Shown here: piece after piece, positions 8,467-16,079 of the stretch
Layout: each line of letters starts with the position of its first letter
How positions within the stretch are numbered: position 1 is the first letter of the stretch
DNA from: Chlamydiales bacterium
Lineage (GTDB): Bacteria; Chlamydiota; Chlamydiia; Chlamydiales; JBDQID01
Length of the DNA: 30,035 nt
NCBI GenBank assembly: GCA_047611865.1
Contig: JBLFWS010000025.1
Coordinates: forward strand, 1-30,035
Direction of reading: 5' to 3'
Notes under the pieces: generated by a model
Told to the model about the DNA's origin: nothing
Seen by the model: the letters and a program-made list of their open reading frames with translations, nothing else
Databases searched by the model: none
Program-made: the position numbers and the translations under genes

Positions 8467-9171
8467 ATGGTAAGTCTTGAAAGCGGTTCCTTTCCAAACA
8501 TTAATAATCCTCATTCCCCCACAAAAGCCTCAAGAGCAGGCCTGGGAAAAACTAATCCAGCTGTAAATCGTTTTGTCAGTACCCAAAAATTCCCTAGAGT
8601 TCCAGTAGGCGTAAATGCAGAGCGAAACCCTGGCCCTCCTACGAGAGAAACTCGAAAACAAGCCACTTCAAGCGTAGTGTCCATCCGCAAACACCCCCTA
8701 TCCCCTATAATAAATCGCAGAAATGCCCCCTCTCCACAATCCACCAGTGCATCTTCCAGAAGTTCTCTCAGCAGTTCTCCCAGATTCCTTTCACCCTTAG
8801 GCACTCCTGACATTTTAACCAAAACAAAAGGTGAGTATCCAGATTGCAGAAACCCTTCCAAAGGAAGAGTACGATTTGCCGAAAATTCAAGCGCAAGGGA
8901 ATTTGATAAAGAAGCTCCTGCTTCGGAGGTAGGGAGAGGTAAAAATCCTGCCGGAGTCATGGCATCCCAAAAAGGATCAATATCTAAAGTAAAAACGGTA
9001 CCTCTCAGACTCCTCAGAGCATTTGAAGGCGCAATCAATGAAAAAGTTGGTGATGATTTTAAGAGCTCTGTCATTCGTGGAGCAGCAAAGCATCAAAACA
9101 AAGTAATGAATCAAAAGAACCGAGATGTTACCGCCCCCCCCTCAAAAAGAGAAAGAAAAAGACCAAGTTAG
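8467..9171 (+). CDS. Ser/Pro/Arg-rich, probably disordered protein; N-terminal part of a frameshifted gene
   Basis: 234-aa low-complexity ORF with promoter and SD-like site; overlaps the next ORF across a C8 run. Confidence 0.65.
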   Translation: MVSLESGSFPNINNPHSPTKASRAGLGKTNPAVNRFVSTQKFPRVPVGVNAERNPGPPTRETRKQATSSVVSIRKHPLSPIINRRNAPSPQSTSASSRSSLSSSPRFLSPLGTPDILTKTKGEYPDCRNPSKGRVRFAENSSAREFDKEAPASEVGRGKNPAGVMASQKGSISKVKTVPLRLLRAFEGAINEKVGDDFKSSVIRGAAKHQNKVMNQKNRDVTAPPSKRERKRPS

Positions 9172-9448
9172 ACCTATTGAGGAAATGACTGTAGACCAAG
9201 CCCAGGATTTCGTAATGGATTCAATAGCCCGCAACTTAAGAGAAGCCCACAAAGATCTCGCTCATCTCAACACTACTGAGGAGAAACTTAGTACATTCAA
9301 AGAGAATGTCGCCTCAAAAATGAGTATGGCTATGTGTGATGAGTTCAACTTAATGGGTATGGAAACTTTTGATATTGAAGATGCTGTTAATGAACTAATT
9401 TCCGATTCCAACATCAGTAAACAACTTCATGATTTTCTCAACCCCTAA
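9125..9448 (+). CDS. Helical hypothetical protein; probable C-terminal part of the 8467 gene (+1 frame)
   Basis: No good SD at 9125; deleting one C from 9134-9141 fuses it to the upstream ORF. Confidence 0.55.
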   Translation: MLPPPPQKEKEKDQVRPIEEMTVDQAQDFVMDSIARNLREAHKDLAHLNTTEEKLSTFKENVASKMSMAMCDEFNLMGMETFDIEDAVNELISDSNISKQLHDFLNP

Positions 9449-9450
9449 AC

Positions 9451-10554
9451 CTAATCCCCTTGATTACTACAAAGAAGATTATGACACTGCTTGGCGAAAG
9501 GCTGAAATGCTGCCGTGACAATATCGGAATCTACAGTCTTGCAGTAGTCCCCCTCAAATTCACAAGCCTTACCGATAGCTTCTAGAAGAACAAAGCGTGC
9601 TGTCTTTTGAACGGATTTTTTGTCGAGTTGCATCGTTTTCAAGAGTTCTGCCGCGGTGTACTTATCTTTAAGTGTAGGATACATCCCAAACTTCTGAAAA
9701 ATTTCCTGCAGGCGTTCATAATCCTCAAGAGACAAATAACCCAATTTACGAGAAATTTCTCCCTCTATAATACAGCCCAGGACAACGGCTTCCCCATGAG
9801 ATGTCTGATAATTATCCAATAGCTCAATCGCATGTCCGATGGTATGCCCGAAGTTGAGGATACGACGAATTCCCCTCTCTTTGGAGTCTGCATTTGCGAC
9901 ATGATTTTTAAGTCGAACACTTTCATGGATGATCTTATTAATGATATCTGGCTGACCTTTTAAGATGGCATCCACATTTTCTTCTAAAAAAGAAAAGTAG
10001 TCTGCATCTGCAATCAAGCCATGCTTTATTACCTCTGCCATTCCACTGAGAAATTCTCTTTTCGAGAGAGTCTCCAAGGTGAGAGTGTCTATGACTAGGT
10101 GCTTGGCTTCATAAAAACTTCCGATCAGGTTTTTCCCGTGGGGTACATTAACGGCTGTTTTGCCACCGATGCTCGCATCAACCATCCCTAGTAGTGTTGT
10201 AGGAGCAAGGATCAGGGGAACCCCTCTACAATATGTGGAAGCTAAAAATCCCGCCAGATCCGTGACGACACCACCACCGAGACCTATCACGCAAGTATCT
10301 CTCCCTAGTCCAGAGGCCAGCATCTGATCTTCGAGATTCTCCTTCGTGCGTCTTGACTTATGGGTCTCTCCTGCTGGAAAGGCTAATAGTTGCACCTCTA
10401 GTCCTTGACTGCGGAGATACTCCAGAAGCCTCTGCCCATAGAGTCCTTCTACATTGCTGTCGGTAATAATAACAGAGATGCTGCCCAGGCTGCGGCAACG
10501 TTGGGCAAATTTCGGTGTTTCGAGAATACCCTGTCCTATTTCGATTTCAGTCAT
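9451..10554 (-). CDS. aroB: 3-dehydroquinate synthase
   Basis: GLGGGVVTDLAGF, PTTLLGMVDASIGGKTAVN, LNFGHTIGHAIE, HGEAV, DKK motifs. Confidence 0.96.
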   Translation of the reverse strand: MTEIEIGQGILETPKFAQRCRSLGSISVIITDSNVEGLYGQRLLEYLRSQGLEVQLLAFPAGETHKSRRTKENLEDQMLASGLGRDTCVIGLGGGVVTDLAGFLASTYCRGVPLILAPTTLLGMVDASIGGKTAVNVPHGKNLIGSFYEAKHLVIDTLTLETLSKREFLSGMAEVIKHGLIADADYFSFLEENVDAILKGQPDIINKIIHESVRLKNHVANADSKERGIRRILNFGHTIGHAIELLDNYQTSHGEAVVLGCIIEGEISRKLGYLSLEDYERLQEIFQKFGMYPTLKDKYTAAELLKTMQLDKKSVQKTARFVLLEAIGKACEFEGDYCKTVDSDIVTAAFQPFAKQCHNLLCSNQGD

Positions 10555-10588
10555 CCTAATACTTTCCTATCTACAATCTTTAAGTGCC

Positions 10589-10687
10589 GCACCTGCCGGT
10601 GCTCCATAATTGATATTTGATCCTTAAACCGGGCCTTGCTCGCAAGCTCGCTACGACCCGGCCTACATAATGGCGCGCCTCTGGCGC
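10589..10687 (-). repeat. GTAG-type REP-like palindrome flanked by two short hairpins
   Basis: Minus strand 10666-10628 reads GTAG-GCCGGGTC...GGCCCGGT; flanking GCACC-TGCC-GGTGC (10589-10602) and GCGCC-TCT-GGCGC (10675-10687). Confidence 0.5.
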
Positions 10688-10784
10688 TCAATCCATTTCT
10701 TCGACCCTCTCAACACATATAGATCGCCTATGCCGCTCTACTGGCCAAAGCAAAAGAATGTCTACAAGGAGATCGTACACTAAA

Positions 10785-12095
10785 CTACAGAAGCAGAGTA
10801 GCAGGATTCTCAAGGAATCCTCTCATTGTTTTCAAGAAGTCTGCCGCTGCTGAGCCGTCGATGATACGGTGATCCGAAGACATGGTCATAGACATCGTTT
10901 TGCCCGCTACCACCAATCCATCTTTCACAACGGGAACATCGAGTATTCCCCCTACTGCAAGGATTGCTGCCTGTGGAGGGTTGATAATTGCTGTAAAATC
11001 GCTAATGCCGTACATACCCAGGTTGGACACTGTAAAAGACCCACCCCTATATTCGTGCTGTTCCAGTTTTCCCTCTCGGGCTTTCCTCACAAGGTCTTTG
11101 ACCTCCACAGAAATCTGGCCGATGTTTTTGAAATCCGCATGACGAACGATAGGCGTTATGAGACCACCCTCCAAACTCACAGCTACAGAGATATCGATGG
11201 TTTTGAAATGGACGATAGAGTTGTTAACGGAATTAAAGCCTGTATTTATTCCGGGATGCTTGCGCAGTGACAAGGCTACTGCACGAACGACGAAGTCATT
11301 GAATGTTACATTGATACCCTGACTTTTTAGTTGCTTGCGAGTCTCAAACATAGACATGGCATCAATCTTTTGGGTCACGTAATAGTGAGGGATAAAAGTC
11401 TTGGATTCTTGCAAACGCTCTCCGATAGCTTTACGCATAGGAGTCATCTTTTCCTCAGAGAACTCACCAGGCTTTTCCACCGGCACTTCTCTACGACCAA
11501 AAGCTACGGTTGTATTTTTCTGAGCATTCACGAGGTCTTCACTCATCACTCGCCCGGAAGGGCCTGTTCCCTTTACTGTACTCAAGTCCAAGCCTTGTTC
11601 TTTGGCAAGACTCTTAGCCAAGGGTGAGGCTGATATACGCTTTTCGATGTCTTCTGAGGGAATATTGTATTCATAATCTTCAAGTGGTACTTCAGGGGCA
11701 AATGTTGGCTGCCGCAAGCCTGCGGTCTGGTCCACAAAGGCTACCGCTTCACTTTGTTTTGCAAGCTTTGGAGCATCTGCTGTGTCAGTAACAGTGATGA
11801 TCTCCTCTGCAACTGGTGCGAGGCCTTCTGGCTTGTAGGTGTCTATACTTTCCTTTTCCTCTTCTGTCAGAACAGCAATGGCTTGATTGATGATGGCATC
11901 ATCCCCTTCGCTAACAATAATTTTCCGTAGCCATCCTTCATCCAAGGCTTCATATTCAACAGTCGCTTTATCTGTGGCCACCTCAATCAGTACCTCTCCC
12001 GACTCAACAAAATCGCCTTCATTTTTACACCATTTCGTAATCGTTCCTCGTTCCATTGTAGGAGATAATTTGGGCATAGTTAGAGTATATGGCAT
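10785..12095 (-). CDS. pdhC: Pyruvate dehydrogenase E2, dihydrolipoamide acetyltransferase
   Basis: Lipoyl domain EVATDKA, E3-binding ASPLAK...GTGPSGR, catalytic DHRIIDG. Confidence 0.96.
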   Translation of the reverse strand: MPYTLTMPKLSPTMERGTITKWCKNEGDFVESGEVLIEVATDKATVEYEALDEGWLRKIIVSEGDDAIINQAIAVLTEEEKESIDTYKPEGLAPVAEEIITVTDTADAPKLAKQSEAVAFVDQTAGLRQPTFAPEVPLEDYEYNIPSEDIEKRISASPLAKSLAKEQGLDLSTVKGTGPSGRVMSEDLVNAQKNTTVAFGRREVPVEKPGEFSEEKMTPMRKAIGERLQESKTFIPHYYVTQKIDAMSMFETRKQLKSQGINVTFNDFVVRAVALSLRKHPGINTGFNSVNNSIVHFKTIDISVAVSLEGGLITPIVRHADFKNIGQISVEVKDLVRKAREGKLEQHEYRGGSFTVSNLGMYGISDFTAIINPPQAAILAVGGILDVPVVKDGLVVAGKTMSMTMSSDHRIIDGSAAADFLKTMRGFLENPATLLL

Positions 12096-12126
12096 GGGTG
12101 GCTAGCTCCTGTAATTCTTGTCTTAG

Positions 12127-13113
12127 TTAGTTACGATTTAATGCTTTTTCTACCGACCTGATAATTCTCGGTATCGTCGGTAATGTCTCTTTTTCCATAT
12201 TCTTGGAATATGGCATAGGCGTTTCACGCTGGCATACGCGCTCAATAGGAGCATCGAGAAAGTCAAAACAGTGTTCTTGTATCTGAAAACCCAACTCGGC
12301 ACAGATGCCTCCGAAAATATGGCCTTCTTCTACCAGTACACAGAAGTTGGTCTTTTTCACGGAGTGGGCTATCGTTGTAATATCAAGTGGCCTGATAGAT
12401 CTCAGGTCGATAACTTCCGCGTCGATCCCCTTTTTCTTTAGCTCCTTTGCAGCCTCTACACACATATTAGCCATAAGGCTATGGGAAACCAGGGTGATAT
12501 CCTTTCCTTTTTTGACAACTGAGGCTTTCCCAAAAGGAATAAGGTATTCCTCTGTAGGGATTTCCATCTTATTGCCATAGGTCATCTCACTTTCCAGAAA
12601 AATGACGGGGTTGTTGTCTCTAATAGCAGTCTTTAGCAACCCCTTGGCGTCGTAGGGATTACTAGGTGCTACCACCCTTAATCCCGGCAAGTTGCTGTAT
12701 AAAGCTTCTACACAATGGGAATGCTGACAAGATACTTGTGCTGCTGCACCATTAGGCCCTCTGAATACTATAGGAACGCTAAAGCGTCCACCAGACATAT
12801 AGTGCATCTTTGCTGCGTTGGAGATAATCTGATCTATCGCCACAAAGGAGAAGTTAAAACTCATAAACTCCACGACTGGGCGCATTCCTGTCAGAGCGGC
12901 TCCGATTCCTAACCCCGAAAAGCCTAGCTCCGAGATCGGAGTATCGAGGACACGATCTCCTCCCCACTTGTCAAACATACCCTTTGTCACCTTGTAGGCG
13001 CCGTTATATTCGGCTACTTCTTCACCCATAATGACGACATTAGCATCCCTCTCCATCTCTTCATCGAGGGCCTGCCTGAGAGCCTCGCGCATCTCTACTA
13101 CTTGTGTTCCCAT
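12127..13113 (-). CDS. pdhB: Pyruvate dehydrogenase E1 beta subunit
   Basis: GEEVAEYNGAYKVTKG, DTPISE, VFRGPNG, DLRSIRPLD. Confidence 0.96.
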   Translation of the reverse strand: MGTQVVEMREALRQALDEEMERDANVVIMGEEVAEYNGAYKVTKGMFDKWGGDRVLDTPISELGFSGLGIGAALTGMRPVVEFMSFNFSFVAIDQIISNAAKMHYMSGGRFSVPIVFRGPNGAAAQVSCQHSHCVEALYSNLPGLRVVAPSNPYDAKGLLKTAIRDNNPVIFLESEMTYGNKMEIPTEEYLIPFGKASVVKKGKDITLVSHSLMANMCVEAAKELKKKGIDAEVIDLRSIRPLDITTIAHSVKKTNFCVLVEEGHIFGGICAELGFQIQEHCFDFLDAPIERVCQRETPMPYSKNMEKETLPTIPRIIRSVEKALNRN

Positions 13114-13129
13114 TGCTTCGCCTTTTTAT

Positions 13130-14158
13130 TTATGGAGCAAAAACGCCCTCTTCCAAGGTCACCGGATCCGGCCAAGGAGCCTCGTCTGCATGTTTCATCG
13201 CATCTATTGCAATTTGTCGTTGTTCTTTATCCATCACTTTAAAACCCTCGTCATCCATGAAGCCCTGTTCTTTTAGGACAGCCCGCAATTTAGCGATTGG
13301 TCCATTTTCCATGATATGTTGCAGATCCGTCTTGCTACGATAGAGTCCTGGATCTGAAATGGAGTGGCCTCGAAATCGATGTGTCACCGCTTCGATAAGT
13401 ACAGGTCTTTGGGTACTTTTTACCTCTTCAAAGACTTTCTTAAAGCCCGCATAGCAGTTGAAGAAGTCCATCCCGTCAAAGGTGTAGCCCTTCATGCCAT
13501 AGCCGGGGGCTTTATCCTCAGCTAAACGTTTTACGCTGATAGCTCTGTCAACTCCTGTTCCCATTCCCCACTGATTGTTTTCAATGACGATGATACAGGG
13601 AAGGTCCCATAGAGAAGCTAGATTTAACGACTCGTGAAAAGCTCCTTGAGCAACTGCCCCGTCTCCAAGAAAGCAGAAAGAAACTTCGTCTCTATTCTTC
13701 TGATGTTTCAAGGTAAAGGCTGCCCCAATGGCGACTGGCACTTGCCCCCCCACGATACCGAAACCGCCGAGCATGCGGTCTGTGTATAGGTGCATGGACC
13801 CACCACGACCATTGGCGTTACCTGTAGCCTTCCCGTACAGCTCAGCCATAAATTCTTCTGGAGTGACACCCAGCAGTAATGCCAAGGCATGACAACGATA
13901 GGTTGTCGAAAACCAATTATCCTTTCCACAAGCTTCCAGCATAGCTGTCTGGATAGCTTCCTGTCCCATATATGAATGAAAAAAGCCCCCTATCTTTCCA
14001 TGCTGATAAGCGGACTCTGCCCGCACCTCCATATTTCTGATGTATAACATTTTCCGGAGGTTATCAAGGAGACGGTCTTTACCTAGCTCCTTTACTATAT
14101 CAGCAGTATTATGTGGAAAGAACTCTGTTGCTTCTCGTTCTGCAACTTCCGTTTTCAT
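13130..14158 (-). CDS. pdhA: Pyruvate dehydrogenase E1 alpha subunit
   Basis: GRGGSMH, TPP-binding GDGA...ENN, RFRGHSISDP. Confidence 0.96.
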   Translation of the reverse strand: MKTEVAEREATEFFPHNTADIVKELGKDRLLDNLRKMLYIRNMEVRAESAYQHGKIGGFFHSYMGQEAIQTAMLEACGKDNWFSTTYRCHALALLLGVTPEEFMAELYGKATGNANGRGGSMHLYTDRMLGGFGIVGGQVPVAIGAAFTLKHQKNRDEVSFCFLGDGAVAQGAFHESLNLASLWDLPCIIVIENNQWGMGTGVDRAISVKRLAEDKAPGYGMKGYTFDGMDFFNCYAGFKKVFEEVKSTQRPVLIEAVTHRFRGHSISDPGLYRSKTDLQHIMENGPIAKLRAVLKEQGFMDDEGFKVMDKEQRQIAIDAMKHADEAPWPDPVTLEEGVFAP

Positions 14159-14355
14159 ATGGCCCTCTACAAATAGAATTCGCTAGCAAGAGTTTTTCAA
14201 TAGCCCAAAAACCCTCACACTTTAGTGGTATATCAGATATTTGATATTTATCAAACTCTTGGATAAAACAGTCTGATATAGCTAAGGAATTCTACAGGGA
14301 GTCAAGACTTTAGAGCTAGAACAAAGAGAGACTGGGGAGGGCTAAAGAGAAGAGG

Positions 14356-14391
14356 AACGCGAAGTCAGCGAAGAAAGCGAAGGTCGCGAAG
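14356..14391 (+). repeat. Four tandem 9-bp units (NNNGCGAAG) in a purine-rich tract
   Basis: AACGCGAAG TCAGCGAAG AAAGCGAAG GTCGCGAAG. Confidence 0.7.
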
Positions 14392-14537
14392 GAAGATAAG
14401 AGGAGGGAAGAAGAGAGAAAAAAAGTTTACAAAATTTGTATTGATCAACCGTTTCATATTTTTTTCTATTAACATACTCTAGGAGTTCGTATAATTCCTA
14501 TGGTATGCATTCTAAGACACGTGACAAGGTATTAATA

Positions 14538-15242
14538 ATGGAATTCGATATATACTGCGACGAAAGTCAACCTGATCTTTTAGCTTCCCAACATCCACAA
14601 GCCCAATATTTGGTAATAGGAAGCTTATGGCTAAAATCCGAAAAAAGACAAAGTTACAAGGATGCTATTCATACACTTCGAAACAAACACAAAATTGGAG
14701 GTGAATTTAAATGGCAAAAAATCTCCCCCTCTCGTGAAAATTTCTATAATGAATTAATCCAATGGTTTGTTGCACAAGGTGATGAACTGCGATTTCGATG
14801 TATTGCAGTAGCAAACAATAAGGTGAACCTCCTCCAATACCATGACAACAATCAAGAACTCGGATTTTATAAGTTTTATTACCAAATGCTTCACCACTGG
14901 ATAGCTGATTTTAACGAATACCATATTTTCTGCGATTACAAAACAAATCAAAGGCGCGATCGATTACACGTCCTCGAAAGATGCTTAGACAGCTCCAACC
15001 TATCTGCTAAAATAAGCTCCGTTCAGGCTACTCGATCAAGTGAATCTGTTCTTATTCAACTTACTGATGTATTAACCGGAATAGCATCAAGCAGCTTAAA
15101 CCAAACCTTAAAAATCGATAGCTCAAAGCATAAAACTGTATTAGAGTTAGAAAAGCTCCTCGGCAAAAAGGTTTCTCCTACTAGTCGAAACGAGTATAAA
15201 TTCAATGTCTTTCAAATCGACCTTAGTGGTGGATGGCAATGA
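14538..15242 (+). CDS. DUF3800-domain protein (predicted RNase H-like fold)
   Basis: N-terminal IYCDES and C-terminal SSESVLIQLTDVLTG (QxxD) motifs, EFKW. Start placed at ATG 14538 (AAGGT upstream); the ORF track starts at 14505. Confidence 0.85.
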   Translation: MEFDIYCDESQPDLLASQHPQAQYLVIGSLWLKSEKRQSYKDAIHTLRNKHKIGGEFKWQKISPSRENFYNELIQWFVAQGDELRFRCIAVANNKVNLLQYHDNNQELGFYKFYYQMLHHWIADFNEYHIFCDYKTNQRRDRLHVLERCLDSSNLSAKISSVQATRSSESVLIQLTDVLTGIASSSLNQTLKIDSSKHKTVLELEKLLGKKVSPTSRNEYKFNVFQIDLSGGWQ

Positions 15243-15679
15243 CCTACCCCACAATTCTGAAACTAAATTCTGAACAAGAGTACAAAGACCACTGGAAACA
15301 ACATTATTGTCAGGGCGAAATATGCACATTTGATGGCATTCAAGTTCGCTTCAAAATCAGAGACTTTGATCACGCCTTTTTTGAGTCTATTCACAAAAAA
15401 GACGACACTTTTTCCCTCAAACGTGCCGAAAGAATCGACTGGATTAAAGCGGCTCTCAAAGACCAAAGTAGCGAAAAATTTGTTGGGTATGACAGTACAA
15501 AAAAACGTTATGATCCCACAAGGCGAGTAACCATTGTAATGGGAAACTATGTCGTCATAATTGCATTAAAAAAAAATAATACAGCCAACTTTATAAGTGC
15601 TTTTGTTGCTGATACACCAGGAAGAAAAGGGCGACCATCGACAATTGAAAAAATTCGATCTGGCCAAAAATGGACATAA
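15239..15679 (+). CDS. Putative BECR/PBECR-like endoribonuclease, translationally coupled to DUF3800
   Basis: FDHAFF...FSLKRAERIDWIKAALKD...YVVII...FISAF pattern typical of Barnase/EndoU/ColicinD/RelE-like domains; ATGA overlap at 15239-15242. Family call by eye. Confidence 0.55.
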   Translation: MTYPTILKLNSEQEYKDHWKQHYCQGEICTFDGIQVRFKIRDFDHAFFESIHKKDDTFSLKRAERIDWIKAALKDQSSEKFVGYDSTKKRYDPTRRVTIVMGNYVVIIALKKNNTANFISAFVADTPGRKGRPSTIEKIRSGQKWT

Positions 15680-15712
15680 AAAAACCGCTGATTCGCCAGG
15701 CTGGCTCAGCGG
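15678..15712 (-). terminator. Intrinsic terminator oriented for a minus-strand transcript
   Basis: CCGCTGA (15685-15691) / TCAGCGG (15706-15712) stem; A7 on the plus strand left of the stem gives U7 on the minus strand. Confidence 0.7.
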
Positions 15713-15750
15713 GGTGCCTTTTAAGATTCCGCTACCACTGGTAGAGAACA
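15678..15750 (-). ncRNA. Candidate ~75-nt structured small RNA convergent on the DUF3800 operon
   Basis: Own promoter, hairpin UUCUCUACC-AGU-GGUAG(C)GGAA, then CCGCUGA/UCAGCGG stem with inner GCCA/UGGC and a U7 tail. Confidence 0.6.
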
Positions 15751-15755
15751 CCCTC

Positions 15756-15785
15756 ATTATACCTCTTTTCCTGATTTCTTGGCAA
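15756..15785 (-). promoter_or_regulatory. Sigma66/70-type promoter driving the candidate sRNA
   Basis: TTGCCA (15785-15780)-18 bp-TATAAT (15761-15756). Confidence 0.65.
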
Positions 15786-15808
15786 ATCTAATCTAAAACC
15801 CCTATAAT
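15779..15808 (+). promoter_or_regulatory. Divergent promoter pointing into repeat copy D
   Basis: TTGGCA-18 bp-TATAAT; its -35 overlaps the -35 of the minus-strand promoter. Confidence 0.4.
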
Positions 15809-15868
15809 TCTCTTGTGAAATGATAATTTTGAAAAAGTCTCTAATAACTTATTAATCAAACCTTATTC

Positions 15869-16065
15869 TGACAGGTATCGTCACACCGCCGGAGGCGGAT
15901 CTAATCAGTGCCATCGGAACGATGGTGCTGACTGCTGGCGAGAGGAACGAAGTTCATCGAGTGCTGAGAAAAGAGATGTTTAAGCTAAATACGCTTCGAT
16001 TGCTCGGACACTAATGGGGTGTGCAGAGGGCTGGCCCTTTGCTGGGGTTTGGGGTGAACCCCCAT
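15869..16065 (+). repeat. ~200-bp structured non-coding repeat, copy D (diverged, compensatory changes)
   Basis: TGACAGGTATCGTCACACCGCCGGAGGCGG...GGGGTGAACCCCCAT; stems preserved by paired substitutions relative to A/B. Confidence 0.88.
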
Positions 16066-16079
16066 AAGAACTTTGGCCT

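Noticed and set aside
8511..9074. 187-aa minus-strand ORF
   Set aside because: Antisense shadow of 8467..9171, which has the promoter and SD-like site.
15566..15791. Short ORFs 15566..15757(-) and 15597..15791(+) as a peptide antitoxin
   Set aside because: The minus ORF starts inside the -10 box and runs through the terminator; the plus ORF has no SD and overlaps the real gene.
5114..16065. Diversity-generating retroelement TR/VR pair or group II intron fragments
   Set aside because: Differences are not adenine-specific, copies are non-coding, there is no RT gene, and I see no domain V or GUGYG boundary.
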